DNA from: the human T2T-CHM13v2.0 reference genome, Homo sapiens
Direction: 5' to 3' (one strand)
DNA: 64,000 nt
Assembly: GCF_009914755.1 (NCBI RefSeq)
Contig: NC_060942.1
The notes beneath the pieces were generated by a model. It made no database searches. It saw only the letters and a program-made list of their open reading frames with translations, and was not told where the DNA came from. The position numbers and the translations under genes are program-made. Positions within the stretch are counted from its first letter, which is position 1; every line of letters starts with the position of its first letter. Positions 18,641-34,190 of the stretch are shown piece after piece.

Positions 18641-18848
18641 AGTAATAACTCAGTATTACTTATTAATTTATATAATATAAAGCAATAATATTACTTTAAA
18701 TAATACTTACTACATATATTAATTATATAATATATAAATGTAATATATATTATTACTTTATATTAGGTAAAGTAATATTCATTTATTTCCATTATTAATT
18801 ATTAAGTAATGTATTTAATTAATTAATAAGTAATATAATAAGTATTTG
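18640..18848. repeat. AT-rich low-complexity tract
   Basis: Almost entirely A/T, built from taatat/attact motifs. Confidence 0.85.
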
Positions 18849-19444
18849 TAGTGGGTTCTTTTTTAACATTTTGGAATTGTCCTCTGACACTGTGTCATCT
18901 TAGATCTACTGGTGGAAATCAGTGACTTAGCGATGTTTCTCTTAACCAAATCAGTCTCTCTGAACAAGCCAGATCCAGGAAATGAGAAAGGCAGATGCAG
19001 AGGCCCTGACTCACGAAAGAGCACTGCATGAGCTAGAAGCATATTTTACTATGAAAATTGCCATGTCCAAATGATAAAATAGTATATGGTGAAAGAAGTA
19101 AAAAACTCAGTATCCCAATATAAATATAAACAGCTCTCAAATACGTAAGATTACGTTTAAAAAGCAAAAACAGATCAAAGTGTAACATATAAGAAGGTGG
19201 GGTGAGGGGATTGTACCAAAGAGTAAGACCAGGGTAAAGGGGCAAAAATAAAAAGTAAAATGCAACAAAGCAAATTTAATTTGGTGACATGAATACACCA
19301 AAGACTATGATTTTGCCTGAGGTTGAAAAGAGACAGACTGACTTACATTGTGACTAAAACAGAATAAATGTGAGAGACAAGAAATGAAGATGAAGATTTA
19401 CATAGAAGTCAGGTTATGAAGTACTTTATAAGCTGTAAGAAAAG

Positions 19445-19702
19445 TTTTTAATTATCATTTGTGTAAATTTAAGGGGTAAAAGTGCAGTTTTGTTACACAG
19501 ATATATGGCATAATGGTGAAGTCTGGGCTTTTACTGTAACCATCACCCAAATAATATACGTTGTACCTATTAAGTAATTGATTACCCCTCACCCCCTCCC
19601 ACCCTTCCAAGTCTCCATTATCTACCATTCCACACTGGATGTCCATGTGTGCACATTATTTAGCTTTTACTTATACATTGGAACATATGTTATTTGACTT
19701 TT
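19445..19702 (-). mobile_element. L1MA (MA1-4-like) 3' end
   Basis: aggggtaaaagtgcagttttgttacac...ggtgaagtctgggctttt...cacattatttagc. Confidence 0.8.
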
Positions 19703-19761
19703 TGAGAAGTTTTATGCCGACTAGACATCAGCTGATTTGTATTTTTAAAATGATGACTTGG

Positions 19762-20085
19762 GGCTGGGTCAGTGGCTCACGCCTGTAATCCCAGAACTTT
19801 GGGAGGCCGAGGCGGGCGGATCACGAAGTCAAAAGTTGGAGACCAGCCTGACTAACATAGTGAAACCCCGTCTCTACTAAAAATACAAAAATTAGCCGGG
19901 CGCAATGGCGTATGCCTGTAATGCCAGCTACTCAGGAGGCTGAGGCAAGAGAATCACAATCGCTTGAAACCAGGAGGCAGAGGTTGTAGCAAGCTGAGAT
20001 CGCACCACTGCACTCCAGCCTGGGTGACAGAGCGAGACCCCGTCTCAAAAAAAAAAAAAAAAAAAAAAAAGAAAAGAAAAAAAAA
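19762..20085 (+). mobile_element. AluS (Sg-like), full length
   Basis: Complete dimer with A-tail; ggatcacgaagtc. Confidence 0.95.
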
Positions 20086-21384
20086 TTTGGGTTGCTGTAT
20101 AGACAGGATTAGAAGGGAACAGCGGAGACCAGTGCTGGGTCTATTGCAGTAGTCCAGGTGGGAGGTGGGAGAGTGGAGAGGAATTGACAAATGAAATAGA
20201 TCGGATTGCAGGGAAGTGGTAGTGCAAGGAAAACAAGTGATTAGATTCAGGATAAATTTTGGAGTTAAATTACCAAACTTCCTCAGGTACTGAGAAGGGG
20301 ATGTGGATTTGGTGAGAATTTACAGAAGAGAAGAGTTCAATATTGACTTCTGGGTTTCACCCTTCTGGGATGTTGCTGCTACAAGGACCACAAATATGAT
20401 AAAGATATGATGACGAAAAAAGTAAAATTCAGAATTGTTTTTGTTATTTCTATGTGCTTCCTTTTCTTTAAGTAACACGGGCACTTAAGATATTTTGTCA
20501 GAGGAGAAGGGTCAGATGCTCTCTGGGGAGGAGGAGGCTTAGTGTTTGCTTCATGGAGTAGACAAGACAATGTGGAACAGAAGATGGATTATCCAACTGA
20601 TCATTTTTAAAAATTTTGCCTGAGTAAAACTTATGAGGTCCCCCCACTCCCCACCCCACCACACACACACAGAGAGAGAGAAAGAAGCAAAATTATATCC
20701 ATATATTTGTATTTGCAGGGAGAGTGCCTTTCTAATCTCCCTGGCAATTGTGGTTCCTACTACACAAACTCACAAGAAAATGTGTTAGTCATACTCTGGC
20801 AAGAGGAAAAGCATGGACTGTGATTCAGAGGAGTATAACCCACGTCTGTGGAGAAGTACTCCAGTGGAAGAAGTGGAAAAAATTATTAAGTGGAGATAAG
20901 ATAGAAGTAAATAGTATCTGAAATATGTAAATAAGATGTATATAAATGGAATGTCATCCTCACTGGAGAGACTTAAAAGTCAACCTACTAGTGGGATGTT
21001 GTTAAAACTGAATATTCATTTCTGATTAAAACAAGAAAAAATTCTTACTTTCTATAAATGGAAAGAGATGTTCTCAATTTGCTGAAAATTATCTACCAGA
21101 AATTGCTGTAAACAAAATACTTAATAATGAAACATTAAAAGAAATTCCATTAAAGTCAAGAATAATTATGATGCCCAATATCACTGTAATTATCCAATGC
21201 ATTAGTAGCACACTGGAATAAATCATTCTCCTCAACAATGAAACCCATGCAGACAACAAAATAAGCAGAATTCATCACACAGATACTGCCCGGGAATATT
21301 CAGATTAAAGAAATGCATACAGCTTCTTAAATAGATAGGCTGGAAGGACTTTCTGATTTGTAAGAATATTTGAAACATACAGAG

Positions 21385-21605
21385 CACTTCTTAGACACGG
21401 TTCTTGTTTTTGTTAAACATATTAACACTTGTTTAACCTTCCCAACAACCTTGGGAAATTGTGTACAAGTTTTATACTCATTGTATAGATTTGTAAACTG
21501 AAATGTGGAGATATTAAGTTGCCCAAAATTACTTTAGAAAGACCCAAATCAAGGCAGTCTAGCTCAAAAGTCTGAAGTTTTTTTTACCATTAAGCGTTCT
21601 TACTG
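21385..21605 (-). mobile_element. MIR
   Basis: tttaaccttcccaacaacctt...tagatttgtaaactgaaat...gttgcccaa...ggcagtctagctc. Confidence 0.7.
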
Positions 21606-22769
21606 CCTTGAGACACTTTGTTTAATACCTATTCCTACCACTAACAACTCTTGGTTTTACTGCACAGTCATTTCATTCCTTCGAGTTTTTAGACCATAGT
21701 AAGTACATTTTATGATTTACTATTACACAACATGAAAAAATCCTCGAAATGACCACTTGCTGTATTAGTACATATATCGAAGAGTATATTTATCTAACTG
21801 ATCAATCAATTAAAATGTTGGGAAACAACCCCCCATAGAAACAGATTTTGGGACTCTTGTCTTTGCAACCTCCTTCATAGAAACTCTTCCAATCCTTCCT
21901 CCATTATTTCATAGTACTTCTGATTTTCATCATTAAAGCAAATGAAATGGTAAGACTGAAGGAAATCTGGATACTCTTTCATACTTTATGTTATTTAATA
22001 AATGATACTATTAAATTAGAACTAGCATCTGGAAGAAGGGCTCCTAGAGAGAACAGTGCCTTGAATGTTATGTCATTTGTAATGCACCAAATGATTGCCT
22101 ATATCAGTGCAGACACACTAGAAAGTATTCACTGAGAAACCCAAATGGAATATTCATGTCTAAACCACGCATTGCCCATAATGAACACTACAGTTAAGTT
22201 CAAGTGCATTACATTTTAGAACTGAACTTCTAATACATGATATATGTTGACTAACACAATAATGAAACACATCATATTTAACATGAAGTGTTGATTGATA
22301 TCTCAATATTAACCTATTTTAAGTAAGCAATAGAGGTCTATTTGCTGAATACAAGATTTGTCAAGTATCACTGAAAAGAAAAGATAATTCACCTAAGATC
22401 ACAAGTATTACTTTCTTAATAAAGTTAATAATAATTTTTAAATTGGGGCACAAGTCTACATACAACAAGAAAAAAATTACATAGGGTACACCTATTGTTG
22501 ATAACATTATTTTATCAACCTAGAGAAGAGGCATACCCAAAAGAAATAAATGTTTAGTGAAAAAAAATTGCATCTATTCCTAGTTTTCTCTATCAAAGGC
22601 CATTTAATGTACATTTTAAGAAAAAGTAATAAGTAATTTTAAAATAATGTATGTAATTAAATTAATTAGCATTATTGTGTGCCAATTCTATAGCTCTATA
22701 GCATGATAGAAGTATATATACTATATTACATGGGAAATGTAATTTGAAAGTAACTGCCTTCCCACTTCC

Positions 22770-23385
22770 TCTCCTCCCGTCTTTGAAAGTAGTCTCTACA
22801 CATCTGCAAAACAGATCTTAAACTCACATCAGGAAGTATTACTTTCTTGCTCAAAATTCTTTAATGACTATCCATTGCTTTAAGAAATAACCATGATTTA
22901 CCTAAAGTGCCTACATATTTCATATGATTTTTTTCTAGTCAGTTTCTCCAAACGTATGCATTCATGGAACCTATTGAAATATAGTCAAGCCAATTGAAAT
23001 ATAGTCAAGCCACTTTGGTTTTCTTTCAGTTTTTGATCATGATCAGTTTTGTGCCAACTCAAGGCCATTGGCCTACCATTTCTTCCTCCTTAAATGCTGT
23101 CAAACCTCACTATTTGCATGACTATTTTCTTCTCCTTGGTTATTTCTCAACACAAATATCATCCACAAAGAGGCCTTCTCTATAATTCTTATTAGAGAAT
23201 GTTTCCTCCTGTATTATTGATGTCAGTCTCCTGATTTTTTATTCACATTATTTTATCTGTATTTACCTGTTTTTTTCTTGACTCCTCTACTGAAATATAG
23301 TCCATGAAGACAGGAGCTGCATATTTCCTGTTCCAAGTTCTTAGCTCCTGGACAAATAGGTGAACTATAGATATTGGTTGAATGG
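22770..23385 (+). mobile_element. L2 3' region
   Basis: ttcttgctcaaaattctttaatgact...agaggccttctct...tccatgaagacagg...tattggttgaatg. Confidence 0.7.
22973..23012. repeat. perfect 20-bp tandem duplication
   Basis: attgaaatatagtcaagcca occurs twice. Confidence 0.97.
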
Positions 23386-25729
23386 GTACAGCAGTGATGA
23401 CTAATTGGGGGAAAAAAACCATGTTTTTTCATAAAATAAAATTGATAAGTGATAGCTTAAATGATAAGCAAATTTTGGCATTATATTATATTCCTATAAG
23501 CAGTAGAACTTTGGGTCCAACATATTCCTTTATTTAGGAATGAGGATTCCATTGACAGTAATTGCAATACTCGACCTTAATGAATTTTATTCAGGCTAAT
23601 TTCTAAAGCATATTTGCTTGTTCTGTAAATCTTTTCTTTTCTGCAAACCTTTTCTGAGTTGTGTATGCATTAGACCTGTCAAACTTACTCTGTCTAGACT
23701 ACAACTCCTAATTTCACCCTCTCATCCAGACCTGTTTATCTGCTAGTTTTCTCCATTTCAGTAAACAGTGTCACTGTCCACATAGTTTTGAAGCCACTGT
23801 CAGAGTCTTCCTTAATCTTTCTCTTTCCTTTACCCCTTAAAGTCAATCTGCCAGCAATTCCAGATGTTGTGACTCTTAAACATCTCCTGAATCACTGTGC
23901 TTTTTGTCAGTTACACACTTCTCACCTTAAACCAAGAGGCTAGTAAGTGTCAAGACTTTTGCTAAAATGTTGGCCTTTATTGTCTGATAGAATGGGACAG
24001 CACTATGTGAAAGGAATGAGCCATGGTAAAAAGAATGAGAAGAGATGTGTATATGTATACTGAGTGGTGCTGAAGAGATATTTGGCTCTGAAACAGAAAC
24101 AAAGGAAGGTGATGATGAAAATAGGTATATACATGTGGAGCCCACATGGGGTGAAAGGATGAAGGAAATATTTAAATAAATTGCATAAGACTGAAAAGTG
24201 AGTGCAGCATCAGATTGCAGAGATACTGTCTTCCAGCACCATATATATTGTTTCAGTTGGATTTTTAGTACATTTAAGGCTGTTACTCAGATTAACATTC
24301 AGTATACTTCTCATAATATCTTGGTACCTGAACCGTTATTGCAGTGGCATTATTAGAATGATTTTCTGGGTTGTACATATTAGGAAACTCAATACCAGAT
24401 GAAGTAAACATCTAGGTCATAGAATAAAGGAACTAACTTAAAATTTAAAGTAAAAATATTCTGACTTCAAAGTCCATACCCTTTATACCATATAACAAGA
24501 ATTCACCCTACATCATTCACATGTGTATGGACAGTGCTAGTATAATATGTGATGGACATTGGTACCTGTGGAATTTAATTAATTTACAAAGTAGTATACT
24601 TGAATATGAAGAACATTCTCTTATATATATGTGTATGTTTTGTATTTCTCACTGAATAAGGAATAATTTAATTGATTGATCAATATCTGTCAGTGAATGA
24701 CTAAGATAACATTTTAGGCAAAACTCAGCAGGGCTTCCACAGCATCCTCATAAATGCTCCTTAGTTTCCACATGATTCACTGTTAGTCTGCTTTCCATAA
24801 AAATAATCTAAAATCATTTTTAAATCAAATTAAAAATGCTTACATTTATAATGGTTTGATGGTTACTCAATTACAATGTCAACAAACAGATGTGAAACTG
24901 AACTATATTTAGAGAAATGACATTACTCTGAAATAAATGAGTTCAGATGAATTATTACTTTCTGTCTAGAAGATCGGAAATTTCAAATATATCATCTGCC
25001 TGTCCCAACAGTGCAGGAAGGAGAGCTAGGTCTCTGTGGATTGTTAATTATAGCCCTTAATAATGCACTACAAACTGTCGCTGAAGTATATGCTCTGGAA
25101 AGGTGGTACTTTTAAGAAAATATAGTGTGGGATTTTCTTGTAAAAGATATTCTATAATACCTAAACATGAAGTTATAACTAATTTTTTAAAATTCTGTAG
25201 TTAGGCAGAGAGAGTCCACAATCTCTACATAGGGTCCCATTAGGTAATTTATGAGAATTTCAGTGATGTTGACTCCAAGGTTCTTTATAGTCCTATTAAC
25301 AAGCATTCACAGGCAATTCCTGTGCATTATTCTCTATAAAATTAATAATGATTCCAGACATTAGGTATTGTAGAGCACAACACCAGTGACTCCTTTGACT
25401 ATTCCAAGAAGACTTATTTGAGAAAATGTTTGGGGAGGTGGGAGATAGCATCAAAAGTGGTAAGTGTCTGACTTGGAAAATCCTCCTCCTGATGTTCGAG
25501 GAAAACCAACTTCTGCTTGAGCAGTGTTTTTCAAACTTTTCTCTATCAAAGTATGGTGCAGGAGCATTTGGGGTTACACATGGCATGGCTTCCATTTCTA
25601 AATAACCCAACTAAGATCTGACTTACATGTGTGTTAATTCTGGAAAGCAAGTCTTTCTTGAGAAATAGATCAAATACAAGATTTTGTATTTCTTTTTCCA
25701 TGGCATTTGTCACATAACATGTACTGATT

Positions 25730-25920
25730 AATTACTGTTGTATCTGACACTGTACCAAATATTTTAACTGCACGATTTCAATTAATACCATCAATGTTTG
25801 TAGGAGAAAAGCATTATTATTATTCTCATTTGCAGAAATAAAAACAAGGTTTAATGCGGTTTCGTAACTTCATCTAGGACACATAGTATATGAAGGCCAT
25901 GACCACTAAACTACACTGTC
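25730..25920 (-). mobile_element. MIR fragment
   Basis: attattctcatttgcagaaataaaaacaagg...gtaacttcatctaggacacatag. Confidence 0.6.
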
Positions 25921-28900
25921 TTCCGTGGAGTGCCGAATTTTTGACAGGTCTCTGTCCTTTGTTCGCTGTTGTATTTCAGCTGAACTAAACTATCCATGCA
26001 ATTGTAAGAGTGATAATTTCAACATTCAATAATATCAATTTGTTTGAAATAAAAAATGCTCCTGACTACTAAACTAAGTCATCTAGATCTTGAGAATAGA
26101 AAAGCTTTAAACACACAGTGTTCATCTTGTCATTGCAGCAATTAGAGTAAAATAAAAGTACCAAAAAATGTTATGAGTCCTTCATTATAGGTTAAGAATA
26201 TTATCCTTGTTGTACCAGTTTGACTAAAATGCAGCTGATAAGCTGTGTAAATAGGAAATGTGTTTTTGCTGATAAAATGTCAGTAATACCAAAAATGAAT
26301 GAATGCCATGCTAAGAACCAGGTTAATTAGGAAATGGCCCCTGAGTACCATCTGGCAAATAGTAGAATTAGTGAGTTTAACACTCTCACAATAATGTAGA
26401 GCCAAGAGGTATGAACAAAGACATTATTCTGATAGTTGGAGAATCAAAATGTTCTGAAGGAGTGGGAAGGGTATGATGTCAGCCTCCCTGTTTATGTTTG
26501 AATCACCTTCAAAACACGACTTCCTAGTAATGGGCAGCCCATTTTGGAAAGCTTTTGTAAATAATGGTTCAATGCCTCCTGAATCTTGTATTTTAACATT
26601 TGACAAGTATTTTTCTTTTGGTGCTAGAAAATGTTGTCCTTGCATCAGGGTGAAATCTGTCAGCATGAAAGGACAATTATGAGAATTGACTATATGAAAG
26701 TATGTTGAAAAGGCTTTGTGAATGTTAATGCAGCTTATCATGCTCATTTGTACTTGACAAGTAGGTATATAAAGGTATATGGATATATATCATATAGATA
26801 TATGTATTCTACCTATTCTATGCATGTATGATTAAATAGTACAAACAACCCTCAATTTGAGGTGCAATATAACTGCATCAATATCTTTTATAAATATAGC
26901 CCTATATAAGTATTATTTGTGATTAGCATGTAGCAAGAATGTCCGTGTCTTCCACTCTCCTTCCTTTCAGCTTTATTATATTTGCACTTTTCCCTCTATC
27001 CCATTTTCTGTATTAATTTTACTAATCTACAGCCAGCTTTTATTGACATCTCACTAACACATTACTCCAAACCCAGTTATTTTCTTGAAGCTGTCAAATA
27101 TATTAATTCTTAGCATCTCACTCACAGCAAGAAATCTTGCTCCTCTAGGGTAGCTGAGATAGTTCCTGGAAGGTACTCAATGTTTGTCTATTTTTGGAGC
27201 CACTCCATATACAGCCAAGTCTGAGAAAGTGAATAGAGAGATGGAAACTGGACTGGCAACTTTGCATGACTTCCAGAAGCAGGAAAACAAACAAACAAAC
27301 AAACAAATAAAAAACAACTAAGATTTGGAAAGGAGGAGTGGTTCCCAGGACAGCAGGTAGACACTTTCTTAAACCCATCCTCAAAAATGATTCACACTAT
27401 ATTCTCTGACATTCGAATTCCAAAATGCCCTTTTTGAAGACATCCTAAAGGAAGGATGTCATTTGTCTACCTATATGATAAAAGAAAAGCAAGTATAACA
27501 AATTGGAACAAAAGATGATAGGAGTCTGATCTATGAGAGTAAGGATTGTGGCTGTTTTATCAACATTTTGCTTCCCATTTTCTCACACAGTTTTTGACAC
27601 TTAGGATATGCTATCTGTATACGTAGTTCCAAACGGGTCAGTCACTTTGAAGAAAGAACACTCTAAACGTACTGCACCACCATTTCTGCAGCTGATACTG
27701 CACAAGCCTTCCATGTAGATGCCTGTCATCCATTTTAACTTAGTGTCTAATATCTATAAAGTGGGCTCTTAATCTTGTCTGAAATTTTATTTCACCCAGA
27801 TTATCTCATTTAAACGATGATAACAACATGATCAAAATAAATGGCTTTACTTTTTTCAGTAATCGTCAAAATTTTGCTTCTACTCAGCGTATATGTGTAT
27901 GGGTGCATGTGTATCTTTATCAACAAAGCAAGTCTTCATCTTAAAACAAAGAAGAATACACTGAAAGTGAAATGCCTTCATTCAAAATTTATAGAAAATT
28001 TCGAAGAGAGTAGTGTTTGTCACAAGACGCTTCAACAACTCTGCTGCAGTTATCATTACAGACGTGGTGACAGTTCATCTTTTTGTCAGTATATAAATTA
28101 GGATAAAATGTGTTAAATTATTGTCCCAGCAGGAGACACAGTTCAAAAAAAAAAAAAAAAAAAACTCAGAGAATCTTGAGTATCAGATAATTAGAAAAGG
28201 TAAGTTCTTCGATGTCAATTTGTCCATTATTTATTCATTTTCTTGTTAAATGACATACATAAAATTGATGTTTGACATTCTAATTCAATAAACTTAAAAT
28301 ATAGAGGCTACATAAAATTGCTACAAAGTGACTCACCCTAGATGGTCTGTAAGTAATACATGTGACTGACAACATTACAAAAATTCAACAAATGTGAGAA
28401 CCCTGGGTTACTATTTCCTTTGGAAAAAGGAGATATATTTTGCTTGCATTTCTGCTGATATTAAAAAGTAGGCTACTTTTTCTGGGGTAGTTTGAAACCT
28501 GTTAGTTTTCCCTTGCATTTTGAGAATAAGGAGGAAGTGCTTAAGAAATTGCATTTCTGAAACTGGAGAACGTGTTTCCTCTGGAATTCTTGGAACAAAA
28601 TTTCCCAAATTGCTTTGCATATTGGTTTCTGACCACATTAAAAAAAAAATTTGTATCTGTGAAGGCTTGGAGATTATATGAATTTGGTTTATATAATTGG
28701 GTATATTGTACTGCATTGTACTGATCATTCAGAGATTACTTAAAATGAAATGGGCAATTATCTCTTGTTATTGTAATAGAATCTTATAATTTATTCTTTG
28801 TGTAAGTACCTTTTTACATTTTTGGACTTTAGAAACCAAGTCTTTTGTCTGGCTTGGGAATTCACAAGCAGAATTCTTGGCAGTAGAATACAATCAAGAA

Positions 28901-30029
28901 TCAAGTTTCCAAAGCTTCTGGAGGGAGGAACACATGCCCAAAGGCTGACCCTGTCAGAATCTAGGAACATAGTGATAGCTGTTTCTGTTGCTATTTAATG
29001 ATACATGTACTTGGCATGTATGGTAAAATACTACTCGCTTATTGAATGTCATACTATCGTCTGTTTGAGTGAAACTTTTCTCTACTTCTCTAAATAATGG
29101 GGATAAGATGAGACTATTGGCTCTTATCCCTAGGGTACTGTTCTTTTCCTTGGAGTATTGGCACTAGTTCTTATTTTCACAGTCAAGCACACCAACAAAG
29201 AAAGATCCACCTGCTGCTTTCTGAAGCTAGAAGGCAAAATATTTTATATGAACTCAGTTAATATTTCTTGAAACAGCTGTTTTGGAAAAAAATGACACAG
29301 ACGCTGATAAAAGTATGACAGTTTTACTTAATGTCACAAAAACCCCTTGGAGACAGAGCAAGCTCATTTCCTCCATGACTTGCTGTAAAACCTGAAGTGA
29401 CATTAGAAAAGGAATATTCTGAGTACACAATATGTATTTAACTTTGAGTTCATAAAATTGTTTACAGTTTGCAAGATAAGATAAATAAAAGACTTTAAGG
29501 GATACATTTCTGTATTATCAGTGTAAAAAGCCTGCAGTTTACACAGAGTGATAGTAGATTAATTTTTAGCTTAATATTATAACTGCTTGGTGTTTTTAAT
29601 CTTTGTGAGTTATTTTTAATGAACTGTTTAATAGAATTTGCAAAGAAATTGTTACTAAATAAATACCATGGTTAAGATTTTCATAATTTTCCTATATATT
29701 TTCCATTTCATATATACATATTTTACCAGTGTTCTAAAATATTATCTTTTTGAAATTGACTTAATCAATTATTTGAGCACATTAAGGTGATTAAAGACAA
29801 CAATTACAATAGAAAAATTGGTTCATTCCCAAGCTATCACATCGTAGGACACCTACAATGCTTAGTAGCTTTTTTCCCATACTCTTCTCCAGGTTCCTCT
29901 GACTCTGGTACTACTGTCCCCAAGGGCTCTGCCCAACCTTCATTTCAGGGCTAGCTCCAGTGAAGATCATCCACATCTGGCCTGAATACTCTACAGTGGT
30001 TTCATGTGTTCCCATCTTCTTGTTTCAAC

Positions 30030-31450
<1,421 letters not shown>

Positions 31451-32749
31451 ATCTTTTAATTTACAGATTGGATATATGCAAGGGAGAGCATTTTAAAAAT
31501 GGCATGTATTCACTGAGTGCACATAGATTTTAATGTAGCATGATAAAAATAATAAAGAAAACATACTTGAATGAATGAATATAATATGCATTTCTAGAGG
31601 TTCACTTATATTTATATTGCCATAGAAGATAGTTCTCAATAAACTAGTTTGGATATTTAAGAATTGACTCTGAAAAATGAAAGAGATTTTAGTACAGTAT
31701 AAATTGTGAATAAATCTAATTTATTAAAACAAGACCAGGGCTTTCCCTACTAACTGGCTACTAAAAAACTTAAAAGGGAAATTATTTCTTCACTGTGATT
31801 GGTTTTCTATTATATGCTAGACGCTTTGCTCACATTAACCACGTGACATACAATTTCTATTTTATGGAACACGGAAGGCCACAGGAGCGGTCATCATTAT
31901 AGCCAATTTTAAGTATACTACATCCAGGATTTGAAAACAAGACTTTGTTTTTAAAGTCATGTTCCATAATTAATTCTTATAGAGTATTAATAGCCATGCT
32001 TATTTTTTTTCTCATTTCTCTCCAGATTGGACAAAAATCTGAGAAAATAACATATTGACTTGTGTTGATTTTCCTATAAATTTAGTTTCACCTTGGGGAA
32101 GTCTCTCATTTGGTGCTCAGAATCACAGACTTTCAAAAACATATGAACTGTTCCTGTAATTTATCAAATTTTAAATGATGTCACATGATCTCTTCCAAAA
32201 TATACTTAATCAGTATTCTTTTTTGTATAACCAACATAACAGTGCTTGACAAATATTAGGCTATTAATATAGTTGCCTAAAAATATGAAATCAGAGAAGT
32301 AGACAAATTTTGAGAAAACAACGCTGTGGGACAAGAGGGAACACTGGAGTGCTCTGAGATACACTGAAAACAAAACCCTATATTTTAAAATTAATTTAGA
32401 ATTAAAGCTCAGTTTATTTAAAGATACACTTTCTATGAGACTGTTTTGATTGATATTAAAAGGTTTTTAATTATTTTTTGCTTTAGCATCATAGACCTCA
32501 ATGACTCATCTGTAATTACTATATCCTATTGCTTCAATGATCTGCAAATTAAAATAACATATGTATATGTCTTCATAATAGCTTTAACAAAGTATAACAT
32601 TTTCCAGTAATTTTGGGGGCAATGTCTACTAACATATACTTTCTTTTGAATCATTGTCTACAGTGGTTTCATGTTTTACCCACATCTAAATATAAATACA
32701 CTCTAACAAAGTATTTCTCTATAGTGCAAGATTTTCCAGTCCCTGACCA

Positions 32750-33045
32750 TTTTTTTTTTTTTTGAGACAGGGTCTTCCTTTGTCACCTAAGCTGGAGTGC
32801 AGTGGCCTGATCTTAGTTTACTTCAGCCTCCACCTTCCAGGCTAAGGTGATCCTCCTGCCTCAGCCTCCTGAGTAGCTGGGAATACAGGTTTCCACCACC
32901 ACACTTGGTTAATTATTTAATTTTTTGTAAAGATGGCAGTCTCCCTAATTGCCAAGGCTGGTATCGAACTCCTGGGCTCAAACTATCCTCCTGCTTTGGA
33001 CTCCCAAAGGACTGGGATTACAGGCATGAGCCACTGGGCCCACCC
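32750..33045 (-). mobile_element. AluJ
   Basis: gagacagggtct, cagcctccaccttccaggct, ctcctgggctcaa; TSD-like accatttt. Confidence 0.92.
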
Positions 33046-33902
33046 CCCTTCACCATTTTTCAACAAGCCAGTCATGCTGGCCTTTATTATCTGCTTTTTC
33101 TTAGCAACAGACCTATCTTAGAAACCTTAGAATATCATCGGTGGTTCTATTGGCATAAACACATTTATATTCTCTCAAATAATCTGTGAAAGAGACTCTG
33201 GAATTTTTATTTACCATGTTCAATGAACACCGGGCTTGAATTACTTTTAAAAAGAAATTGAATTTTTTTTCAAAATTGCTCTATTCTATAGAAGTATGAT
33301 TCTTCAAATCTGTAAATTTACCTTGTTTGAAGAGTGTTGATAGTTCTCAGTCTACAGGAAGTGAAAAGTATTATGTATACCACAGAAAGTGATGCACTTT
33401 AGGTATATCACACACACACACACAAATTAAAAGCCAATCAATACAGACCCTAGGAAATTTGAAACACATTTCTCAGGATAAATAACTCAAAATATAGCCA
33501 GGCTAACATTTGTATCCTCATATAACTGTGATCATTTAGAAAGTCAGACCTACTATGGTTGCTTGAAAAAAGCCACAATTAAATGAAAAGTTAAGGTATG
33601 TTCTTTAAAAAACTATAAAATTGGTGGTACTATTATAAATCAGTGGCAGCTCAACAGAACAAAAACTTCTGTCAAGTTAATGGTGTTAGTTTTGTCTCAG
33701 TTATCAACAGATTATGTTGGTAAGATCTGGGGAGCTGGCATTTGACAATTCATTATATTAAAGTTTTATAAATATTATTTTGATGAGAATTGTTTTGAAT
33801 TTTTAGTGTAATTCAAATATAATTAAAATATTTAATCTTTACATACTAGAATAAGCACTTCTTTCCATTTATTCACATATTTGTTTTTACATATGCAGAC
33901 TT

Positions 33903-34190
<288 letters not shown>

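Larger units (their letters stand above)
19270..20370 (-). mobile_element. L2 fragment interrupted by L1MA and Alu
   Basis: ggagaccagtgctgggtctattgcagtagtccaggtg; gacttctgggtttc. Confidence 0.7.

Noticed and set aside
27439-27460. 8-bp hairpin gacatcct...aggatgtc
   Set aside because: A stem this short is expected by chance in 64 kb.
28190-28206. Perfect donor AAG|GTAAGT
   Set aside because: The putative upstream exon contains a long poly-A run and has a weak acceptor; isolated consensus donors are expected at this frequency.
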